The notes under the pieces are model-generated. The model worked only from the letters and a program-made list of their open reading frames with translations. It was not told the origin of the DNA and did not search any database. A stretch of 63,953 nucleotides of DNA, filler included, from Reticulomyxa filosa (Eukaryota > Protista > Foraminifera): assembly GCA_000512085.1 (NCBI GenBank). It is 12 parts of 12 records of this genome, joined end to end, with 100 filler letters (N's around TTAATTAATTAA, not from the genome) between each part and the next. Parts side by side here need not be neighbours in the genome. Positions count along the whole stretch, not along the records: positions 10,062 to 15,371 come from ASPP01022270.1; positions 15,472 to 16,570 come from ASPP01025021.1; positions 16,671 to 43,413 come from ASPP01024088.1; 9 more parts are not named here. One strand, given 5' to 3'. Below are positions 12,410-23,100 of this stretch, piece by piece. Every line of letters starts with the position of its first letter. Position 1 is the first letter of the stretch. Position numbers and translations under genes: made by a program.

Positions 12410-13826
12410 CTATTTTTTTGACATTTCCCAGACAATAAAAATTAATAATCCAGTAACGATTAACAAAAAGAAGAGCATTAATAGACGTTGTTTGCGCCTT
12501 CGTTTGGTGCGTTTTTCAAAGATGATGATTTCCTGATTGCCCTTGTCGGCATGTTCATGAACATGGTCGATATCACTTTCAAGCCGATCGACGAGTTCAG
12601 CCTGTGTGGTGACCAGTTCTTCGACGTCTTGAAACACCTGATGCAGCGACCTCAGTTCATAGTGGATGTTTTCCATAACCTGTTCCTGTTCCCCTGCGAA
12701 ATTGTCCACATGCACTGACAGCGCTTGCATATATGTCGGATCGAATTCAATTTTCGGTTCGCCTTTTGTTTTGCCATGTTTCTGCACTTGCGTTTGCATC
12801 ATCGTCTTCACCGCCTTATGTTCGCCATTTTTTTTGTTTTTTGCAATTGCCATTGTCGCTTCTTCGTTTTCGATTTTGACATTACTAATTGCATCAGCCA
12901 TATCAATTTCATCCTCCTCCTCGTCGTCTTCTTCTCCTTCTTCTTCTTCATCATCCTCTTCTTCGTCTTCGAGATCATCGTCCAAGTCATCGTCATTCAA
13001 ATCGTCATCGTTACCTCCTCCTTCTCTTTTGTCCCCTTTCGCTTGTCTCCGAACCGGCTTGACATTGGTGGAGGGCAGCGCATCCGTCTCGTACGACTTT
13101 GGCCCGTGGTCGTGGACATGACTGCTCGCCACGTTCGTGGCATCCCCTCAATCACAAACAAACACATTTTTTTTTTTTTTTTGAAACTTCTTTTTTTTTT
13201 TTTAAAAAAAAAAAAGGAGAGTTTTTTTATTTTAACGAGTCAAGAAGTGACGATTTCTCATCAGTCATTGCTTTGGACCTAAGTTAACATTTTTTTTTTT
13301 TGGTTGGTTTTGTGTTGCTTTATTGCGTGCGTGTTTGTATAAATCCCCCTTTTTTTTTTTTTTTTTGTAGGTTTACTTGGGGGCTTTCTTTTGGGCTTTT
13401 TGCATGGCGTGTTTGGCTCTGTCCAAATTGGTGCGAATTTTCTGAGACAAGTGGTTGGACTCTTGCCGCACTTTTTCACTTACTTTGTCGTTGTGTTGAA
13501 AGATCAGCTGGTTCAACTCGTGCAATTTCACACGGATTGCGTTGCTTAGGGTGTGACTACGCTTTTGTATTTTTTTTGTTTTTGTTACACATTGCTTATT
13601 AGAAAGAAAGAAACGGAACAAAAAAAAAAAATATATATGTATATACATTTTTAAATGGACACCCACAACACAAAGCTAACACAACAGAATCTTACTAATG
13701 CACACGAGTTTGTGAAGTCTCTTGCGGTGTATTTATCTCCTCAATCACAGTATCAAAACGACGAAGGAGATTCTGAATTTCTGCGAATTTGTCGCGAATC
13801 ACTTCGTCAACTTCGCTATCCTTCAT
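12410..13826 (-). CDS. Syntaxin-7/12 (Pep12/Vam3)-like Qa-SNARE
   Basis: Exon 1, missed by the ORF track: MKDSEVDEVIRDKF...INTPQETSQTR (compare LGTPQDSPELR). Hb/Hc helices, SNARE motif LHQVFQDVEELVTTQAELVDRLESDI, C-terminal TM. Introns 13122-13236 and 13279-13376; boundaries of the first intron are ambiguous. Confidence 0.88.
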
Positions 13827-14044
13827 TATTTTTATTACTTATTATTATTATTTTTTTTTTTTGAATTTGATCCCTTTTTTTTATCAAGCAGTGAAAAATA
13901 AATTAGTAATATCAGACTACGTGGGACAGTTTGGATATAAATGGTTACTGTGCTTAACAAGACAGGTTACTTTTGAAATAAATTTTGATCTGAAACCAGA
14001 CAACAAAAAAAAACAAACAATAGGAAAAGCGGTGCAGTAAAAAA

Positions 14045-15371
14045 TTATTGTGGGGATGGCTTGGCTTGAAAAAGCTCAATGGTGCGATTAATTAAATCTA
14101 GTGTCAGTTGCAATTGGGTTTGGATCATGTTCTGTTGAAAGTCATTGAATTGTTGAATGGAGTCGGAGGGGTCGTGTTTGGCGGGCGGATTGGACAGTGT
14201 CTTTAGATAGGTTTGTACATTCGCCAGCGCCTCTTTCAACGGACAATCGTCGTCATAGATACTGGTGCGATTGGAGACTTTGTCTTTTAAGAGAAGGAAG
14301 CGAATGACATTCAAGCAGCTGTTCAAAGGGTCCAGCCATTGGGTAACAGTATGTAATTCATCAGTCGGAAGCTGTTGATGTTGATGTGAGTGTGAATGTT
14401 GAGATGAATCCGATTTGGAGTCATCATGGCAATGGCATTGCGATTGTGAGGGAAGCACTTTGCCCAGCTGTTGAACACAGACCATGACAACGTCGCTACT
14501 GGCAAATGGATTGGAAGAAGACTCCAAAGTATCGGAGGACTCCAGTGTTGCCGTTTCGGAGTGTGAGTCCCAGTGTTTCCAAATTTGGTTTTTCAGTTCG
14601 GTGAACATCATCGACGACACGATGGACACCGGACAATGTAAGGCGACGGACGAAATACATTGAAATCGCGCTATATGCATATATATTACATATATGTATA
14701 TGTGTATATATGTATATAAATATTAATATTATGTTAGGAAAAAAACCTTGCAAATTGGACATGTGAATGAGATCGAGCACAAGTTTCCAAAGACACTGTT
14801 GGGTGGAGCGATCTTTGACGTGACTGATGATGACGGTCAATGTCTGAACCAGATCCCAGAGCCCATAGTCCCAAAACTGCTGTTTGGTCAACAAGGGCAA
14901 TGACTTGTCTGCTGCGAATGAGTGAAGCAAGACGTTGCCCAGTTCAATGCCCACCCAAAGCATAGGCTGCTGTTGCACCAACACGTGAACCAAGTGCCAT
15001 CGCATCTTACAACTTGACGTATCTTTCATCCATTCCTTCATCGTTGTCGTTGTTGTTGTCGTTGTCATTGTTGATTTGTTTTCAATGTCTTCCAATATAA
15101 TCGCACTGTGGTAATAACATGCCAAATTCAAGTCATTCACACCCTCTATTTCATTTGCATTGTCATTTTCATGATCGTTTTCATTGTCATTGTCATTTCA
15201 TTGTCATTGTCATTGTCATTGTCTTCGTATTTCTGTTCTGTTTCATTTGCAACAATATCATCGTCATCCCAACCTGCATCATCACCATTGTCATTCCATC
15301 CATCATCTTCATTCTCATTCTCATTCTCATTCTCATTTGCATTTACATTTGCATTTACATTTGCATTTACA
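14045..15371 (-). CDS. Glomulin/ALF4-like HEAT protein, C-terminal part, 5' partial
   Basis: LNSCLNVIRFLLLKDKVSNRTSIY and LQLTLDLINRTIELF resemble glomulin C-terminal motifs; intron 14671-14746. Confidence 0.65.
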
Positions 15372-15471
15372 NNNNNNNNNNNNNNNNNNNNNNNNNNNNN
15401 NNNNNNNNNNNNNNNTTAATTAATTAANNNNNNNNNNNNNNNNNNNNNNNNNNNNNNNNNNNNNNNNNNNN

Positions 15472-15872
15472 ATGCATGGAATGCAAAAGTAGAGAGTGAA
15501 GATGAATATACACAAATGATATTATTGACATGGGTGAAATATGATCAGTATATCCAACAAACTATGCAGATAAGTGGAATGTGGAATCATAAAATTGACT
15601 TGAATCTTATTTATATTGTAATTAGCGCTTACGAAGATATCAATAAAATATTTGAATTGCTGTTTGAGTTTGATATATGGAAATCTCGAGACAAAAATGA
15701 ACAAAAATATAAAAAGAAAATGAACAAGTTTGTAAATAAACGTTGCTGCAATCACAGTGTCAATTTATTTCTTATGTTTTTTTCTGAAAAATACAAAAAA
15801 TGCGATGTTGAAGGTGCAGTATCATATACTGTTAACGATGGTTTGCCATTCGTTGAAAAGGATAATAAATAA
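15472..15872 (+). CDS. Hypothetical protein of a lineage-expanded family, 5' partial
   Basis: Open frame from the contig edge; C-terminus RCCNHSVNLFLMFF...TVNDGLPFVEKD; no known domain recognised. Confidence 0.55.
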
Positions 15873-16769
15873 ATAATTTATTATTAATAACTTTGTAGAA
15901 ATATTTATGAAGCTACTGTCAAACAAAAGCAAAAAAATTCTACACATTTTAAAAAAAGAAACAAACTAATCTTTTCTTTTTGCCTTTTGTCTTCGTTTGC
16001 TTTTTTTTAGCTTTCGAACGGTGTAAAAAAAGAAAAAAAAGTGTGATACATGAAAATTTGTATAAGGTAAGTAAGCAACGAAATAGTAGTGTTTTTGTAC
16101 TACATCAACGGTAGATACAAACTAAAGTTAGTTGTATTGTTTGGAACTTACCGGGGCTTGTCTGGTTATATTTCACGATATGGCTGACCTTAAGACGGTG
16201 GGGCATGCTTGCGTTTTGGCCAGATAACTTTTTTTTCATTAAAAATCTGAATGATAAGATTAAGAAAATAATTTTTTTATATTTTTTTTTAGCGTTGTTT
16301 TACATGACTGAAAAATTTTGATTTGATTGTTTTTTCAATATTTTTAAATTCACTTCTTTCAATCTACAATATAATTTTTTTTGTTTGTTTTTCTTCATGG
16401 AAGTGAATATTTCGATAGCGCTTTGCAAAAAATGATCCAGTTGAAGTGTTTAAATGCAATCTGATCAACGCTGAATTGATTATTACGTGATTTACTATGC
16501 AATAAAATTACACAAATTTGATGTAATTGAAGTGGATATTCCATGTGTTTATGAATATCATTATGATACANNNNNNNNNNNNNNNNNNNNNNNNNNNNNN
16601 NNNNNNNNNNNNNNTTAATTAATTAANNNNNNNNNNNNNNNNNNNNNNNNNNNNNNNNNNNNNNNNNNNNTACTGAACGGAAACGTACAAAAGAGAAGGG
16701 AGCCCAGGAAAACTGAAGAGTGAGAGATGAACTTTATTATCTTTTTTTTTGTGCTTGTTTCGAAAATAG

Positions 16770-17009
16770 GTAAAATTCCGACACGAAGAAACACACAAAT
16801 ATCTTGCAATCAATGATAACAGGGAACTTGAGCTGACCGACAACGACAGTGATTCTTGTCTGTTTAAAGTTCATGTCATCACGAAGCCAAACGTCGTTAA
16901 ACTCGAATCGTCAAAGGTAGCCGGAGCGTTCATTGGAGCAAAGGACGGTAGTGTTATGGTTGACAAAGGTGGACCACACTCGCAAATGACTATTTTGAGA
17001 AAACAGTGA
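16770..17009 (+). CDS. Terminal exon of a beta-trefoil (fascin/FGF-like fold) protein, 5' partial
   Basis: After the AG at 16768-9: VKFRHEETHKYLAINDNRELEL...DSCLFKV...VVKLESSKVAGAFIG...RKQ*. Absent from the ORF track. Confidence 0.6.
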   Translation, partial: VKFRHEETHKYLAINDNRELELTDNDSDSCLFKVHVITKPNVVKLESSKVAGAFIGAKDGSVMVDKGGPHSQMTILRKQ

Positions 17010-17721
17010 TTGTGAAGAATTTTGTTTATGCACAAAAAAAAAAAAAAAATTTATAATAAAAAATAAAATAAAATAAAATAAAATACAAAAAAATTAAAAA
17101 AAAGGAAAAGGGTTTTTTCCTTTTTGATTCTTTTTTTTTTGTTGAGACACAAATTCTTTCGAGGTTTTCCGGCGTTTTCTTCCTTTTTTTTGTTCCCTTT
17201 CCCTCTCTCATCAAATTTGAGAACAAAAACAAAGTTTGTGCTCGGTGACGTTGGATCTCCATTCTGTATTTATCATGCAATGCTTACACATAAACCTATT
17301 CATTTTGACAGAGTCAAGAAAATTTGAATTTACACTTGGAGTTAATGGAAAAAACCTTCACTTGCCAAAAGTGAACATGCTTGAAAAAAAAACTGTTTAT
17401 TTTTGTAAAAGACATGTTTATGAGCAAAGTTATTACAGAATGTAAAAGTGGTTTCAATATAACAAAAATTGTTTTTAGGAACATATTTTGGTGGGATGTA
17501 ATATATAATAAAAAGAAAATGTACTACTTCGATTGCAAAATGTTATGATCTGATAGGGAGTGAATCTTTGCATGTGAATAAACCAGTTTATACGTGAAGA
17601 GGAGAAAAAGCGGTGTTTTAAAAGGGAAAAATTTTGAGGGGAAGTCCAAAGAAAATTATTTTACTGCATGATGATTACAAAATAATTGTAGAATATCAGT
17701 AAACTAGTTTACAAAAAGAAA

Positions 17722-19188
17722 ATGAGTAACAGAATATTAACTTGCAGGTGTGTTTACTAAAAAAAGCAAAACAAAAAACTTTAAGAAAAAAGACGTCTTT
17801 TAACGTTTTACACGATGATGAATGCAGTGCACTTCACCACCAATTTCCACATCTCGAAGAAAATGTGGTAATGGAAATACTCGGGCACAGTGACGGCGAC
17901 GTAAAAATGGCACACGCTTATCTGAACTTGGTAATGGACTGTTTGAACAAAGAGAAGCTGAATGAGTCAAAATTTTTGGAAAAGTATGTGGAAAGACAAA
18001 AAGATTGGCGTTTGTTGGTTTATTTTTAAGGGAACTGATGAAAAAACTTTGTGTTTGAATTGACAAAAATGAAGCAAAAAGAAAAACAGAAAGCGTGTAT
18101 TCGGAGAAATGCAAAGTGAAAATATAGACAATAACGAATCCAATAATGAAAGAAGGACAAATGGACACCAACGTATGATGATGGATGTGGATATGGATGA
18201 CAAAAAGCAACACTGTGACAGTGCCGTGTGCGCTCAAAGTAAACGGAGAAAGCTCACTCATTCTCTACCAACCAATGATCGTAAACATTTCACTTCCAAC
18301 CTCTCTCTTAAAGATGAGCCCAACGAAAGCGACAGAAGATTGAACAAACGAGTATTTGTCCCATTACCACTACATCTCAAAAACAAACTTATTACAGATT
18401 GGAAAAATATCACCCAACTTCGCCAAGTTTTTTTTTTGTTTATACATAAAAAAACACACAATACCTTTTTTTTTTAACTTTTTACATTTTTCACCCAATC
18501 AAAAACATCAAAGTTTTGCTCACAAAAAGAGAAACAAAAAATTTGAAGGGATACCCCTCAGCAAAATTTTTTTGTTTGCAAAAAAAAAGCTGACCAAAGT
18601 ACCTAGGGAAAATGGACAACGTGTAATAGATGTATTGAGAGATTATAGCTCACATTCTGGGAATAACAATGTCTGCCAAGAGATTGAGCGCTATTTGTGT
18701 GAGTGCTTTGACCAAACACTTGAGCCTAAGTTGCTTTATGACTTAGAAAAACCATTACATCGTTTAATTGTTCAGAGTTTTCCTAATCTCAAAATGTCAC
18801 AAATCTATGGAGTAGAACACTTATGCCGCTTCTTTGGTATGAATTTATTTTCTTTTTTTCTCTTCCTTCTCTGGTAATTTAGGTTGATTTTTTTTCCCCT
18901 TCCCAATAATTTTTTAGTGAAGTTGCCACAGCTCTTAAACCCTGATCAATTACCTCATAGCATAAGACCCTTTTGGGAACAAGAAATCAAAAAGATCATG
19001 GAGTTTTGTTTTACGTCGATTAATTTATTTTTCCTCTTTCCTCTTTTAACGAAAACAAGAGAAAAACTGTTTGGTGGTGTGGGGTGCACTCATTTAAAAA
19101 AAAAAAAAGGCAAATTGTCAAAAATTCTGACAAGTATTTTGTGAGATCCTATATTATTTTGAACACTAATAACACGAAAATTGTTTAA
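17722..19188 (+). CDS. MRG-domain protein (MRG15/Eaf3 family) with N-terminal CUE-like domain
   Basis: VPLPLHLKNKLITDWKNIT, FDQTLEPKLLYDLE, SQIYGVEHLCRFFVKLP form the MRG domain; LHHQFPHLEENVVMEILGHSDGDVKMAHAYL is CUE-like. Five phase-consistent introns, including 17748-17785, 18427-18589 and 19003-19109. Confidence 0.85.
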
Positions 19189-20183
19189 TTTATTAACAAC
19201 TCGAAACTTTTTAAACATTGATTAATTCAACAGATGTTCTTTTCAGCTTTCAAGATTGTAGGGGTTCATGGGTACATTTTTCTTTTCTTATTTTTTTATT
19301 TTATTTTATTTTTTGCTTGTGTTAGTGAACTATTTATCGCAAGAGGACTGCCACTACACTCTTCTTGAATTTTTATTTCACTTTAAAGATTTTGTTGAGT
19401 ATTTTTCAATTTCCCGTTGGTTTTTCTCTAATACGTATAATGACTAGAACTTAGTTATTATCACGTTATGCTCGACCGTGCTCCTGCAATGAGTAGAGTC
19501 AGTTGGTTCATTTGTTGTGTCTTTGTCGAAGTAGAATAGTCATAAAATGCCCAAAACGCAAGCAAATAGCCTTCACAGTTATCAAAGTGTAATGTTTGTA
19601 AATTAGAAGATTGACGTTTTGTCCTGAGCCTAAAGTAGAATTGTTTAATTAATTTCCTCGGTTAAAATTTTAATTGTCAACAAACAAGTTTGATGGGATT
19701 GCAACAGTAAGCAGTAGACAATAGAAAGGAAAAGTATTGTTTCAATCAACTTGTAAGAACAAACAAAAGGAAAAAAACTCACAAAAATACAATTTATCAA
19801 ACCAAGGAAAGAAGACACAAACAATATTTTGAATTACTTTTTGCATGTTGTGTGAATCATAATTGACTCTAAAGTTGCATCAAACGACTCCTTTCTTTTA
19901 AAAACAATTTTTCACTAAATTCTCTTACGATTTCTACCATTTTCTGTAGTCGACATAGTCTTAAAAAACTAGTTGTAATTGTCAATTTACGCAATAATAT
20001 TCACTTTCTTAATAAATTTTTTTAATGTAATTTTTGGACTTTTTTGATGATAAAAAAATGCAAGAATTATTGTCTTTTTAATAAAAAAAACAAATTATCG
20101 TCTTATGGCAGAACTCAAAGTCTAAATTGACTCTTTCAATAATTCAAAAAAAAAATTTATTAAAAAAAGTTAAAGCATCTACT

Positions 20184-23100
20184 ATGCAAAACAATATTCA
20201 TCTAGAGACATTATTTAGCAATTTTTTACAAGCTTTAGTTAAAAACTGGACTACAGATCTTGTATATCAGAAAGACGTGGTTGTGAAAAACCACGTGTTT
20301 TTACCAGAACGCGTATTTTTCGATAATTTTGGGAAAACATTCGAATCAGAGACACGCCGACATGATTCTGTTCAACCATTGGTAGAAGCTTTTTTAGGAC
20401 TATTGTCATATCCCAATAAAGTCAAAGTTTTGTTTTTTTGTTTTGTGCCAAAACGTATACTTAAACAAAAAAATACACGCATTTGCAACGCTAAATGTGA
20501 TCTTATTGTTTGTATATAATTGCAAGGGAATGGAAAGACAATTGAATGATTTATGGAATGTTATTGATGCAATCGAAGACAAATATCCGCAAGCGCCATT
20601 ATTTCAACGTAATATACAAGACGACAATAACCCATCTCATTTTCAAAATAAAGGAAATAATGAAGAATCTATCAAAAAAATAAAAAATGTTGAAAAAGAA
20701 GATGAGGATGAAAATGAAAATAAACACAATAATCACTTGCAACAAGAAAGTGAAGAGCATAATTCATATGTAGCACCGAAAGGTCGAGACGGTGTTTCCA
20801 AACGAACTGCACAAGTATGCGAGCCAATTATTGATTTTGTTGTATCACGAATGCTTCTTCGCATTATATCGTTAATTTTTTTTTTTTTTGGTATATACTT
20901 TTTTTTTTTCTAATTAAGAGAAATATACATATGTATGTATCCATACAGATATCATATAAATAAAATAACCTACAGAGCAATGGAACAAGGACAAGAACAA
21001 CTATCAATAAATGAAGAAGAAAAACACCAATCCCACAATCCCAATCGCAAACGTGTCTTTGCCTTTAAGTTTGATGCGTCAACGGTTCAATGGTTAATCG
21101 ATGTCATTCAAATTAATTTTGAAAAGGCTACACAGCGAACACATGAGACACCAGTTATTACCCCGAAAAGGGAGCTGGAACTATCTCTTATATTTGAAGA
21201 GATACCCCTTTTTTTTTTTTTTTTTTACATTGAACCAAAAATGAATCACTTTTTTTTTTTAATCTCCCCTGTGGAACATTAGAATTTTTTTTGCTGTTAG
21301 GAAAAAAAAAAAAATGAATAAAAACATGAAATGAATAGAACACATAAAACAAATAAAAGTTGTTAGATGAATATGAAAATCGATCGACAATGGAATGGGC
21401 CAAAGTATTGGGATTGATCTCAGCAAGTGAACACTCATCAAAAGTTAACTCGCGTTTTCCGATGAACCAAAAAAGTGAATACATGCAAATGTAAAGCAAT
21501 TGCAACATATAAAAAAATAAAAAAAATGGTGACTGCATATAGGTCCAGAGTATGCTAAAAAAACTACTGGACGACTGCTTAGAAAAACAAATGTTAGAAA
21601 ATGCGGCAATTTACTTTACAGTAATGCGCTATATCCATATCGATGAAAAAAACCAAGAACGTTGGCTTTCATTTCATTTGGAATATTTGAAAGCTCCAAA
21701 ACTAGCCAACATCCCAAGATATGTACTAATTGCACATTTGCATTCCATTTTGAACGTGGCGAGACAAATGGATTTTGTTGGCAAAAAGACCAATGAAGTG
21801 AAAGTATTGAATGAAATATTTGAAATCGCACGTCGATTGGCAACGTCAGGAAAAGGACGTCCCGTCAAAAGAGCATGTTATATGTTGATGTTGGCACTCA
21901 TATTACGTGGACCTGATTCGATGTATGAAAAATTACAAAGTTTTTTAGAAAGCCATGTGTTAAATCATTTGGATGAACTCGAAAAAGTCGGCGATTCTTT
22001 GGACATGTTGATTATGTTATTCGAAGGGACGAACAACCCATTTCCATTTCACGAAAAAAGACCAATCAATTGGTTGACAAATGTACGTAGTGACGACGAC
22101 GAAAATACGCGAAAGAATCATATGCAAGTTGTGTTTAAGGCATTCATGCGCGGAAAAGCTTTGAAGATTATGTCTCAGCGTCATTGGTTTCGATGTGTGC
22201 GACTCTTTGTCCATTTGTGTGCACAACATTTGGAGTTTGCCACTTCTACTTTGTTGCCGCAATTGTTTGATGTGAAAAAATCCACGGTCGAACAAATTGT
22301 ATTGGGATTGGATGTCATTAGTGAAATCATGCGATTGGACGGAGAGTTTTTACGTCAACACCAATCCAACCCGGCTTTGTTGCCAGTGATTAATGACTTC
22401 CTGCCGGCAATGCTTGAGCACGCTGATCAAGCCATCGGTGTTGACAAGATTGGACGCAGAACTCAGCCGTTAATTTTGAGTGACCGTTCTTCCGATTCTT
22501 TTGTCACAAATCAAATCAATATCGCGGAGACTGCTCCTGATACACCTGTGGATTGGCAATCGCAACAACAGTCACAACAACAATTATCCTCCTCGTCACC
22601 TCCAGCAGACTCGGACGGGACAGGCAATACACGCGTTTCCATTGTTGCGTCCAACACTTTCCAGACCCACCATTTGAACAAATCTCAAAATGAAGACGAT
22701 CACAATAACAACAATGTATGGTGGAATCGAGGAGACGACGACGACGAGAAAAAAACTGCTGTCGACGAATTGGCAGAAGAAAAGAAACAAGAAGACACCA
22801 TTATCAATGATCCCACTTATGTTTCATTGCAAAACAAAGACTTGTTGAAAATTTCATTTGTTCAAAACAATAAAATGGCCAAATATATTTTGAATTTGCG
22901 GCAAAAACATGCTGATGCCAACACTTTAGACGAAATGATTAAAAAAGCCAAGGCAACCAATCGTCGAGAATATTTGCAAGTATTGAAAGCATGCCTACGT
23001 GCGACCCTGGCATTACATCCGCCTTCCGTTTTAACTGACGCCAAACAAGGCAATAAATTATACGTTGGCAATCTATTGTTACATCCCGATTATGAAACGA

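Noticed and set aside
13655-14040. Plus-strand ORFs resembling a glomulin N-terminus inverted relative to its C-terminus (scrambled or trans-spliced gene idea)
   Set aside because: The minus strand of the same bases encodes the missing syntaxin exon 1 (ATG 13826, INTPQETSQTR), so the plus ORF is best explained as an antisense shadow.
16143-16236. GC-rich island with ACTTACC, an 11-bp stem and T8, resembling U1 or a Pol III RNA
   Set aside because: No Sm site or U1A loop. Read on the minus strand it is A8-G acceptor, 76-nt open exon, GTAAGT donor, i.e. an orphan exon. An Infernal search would settle it.
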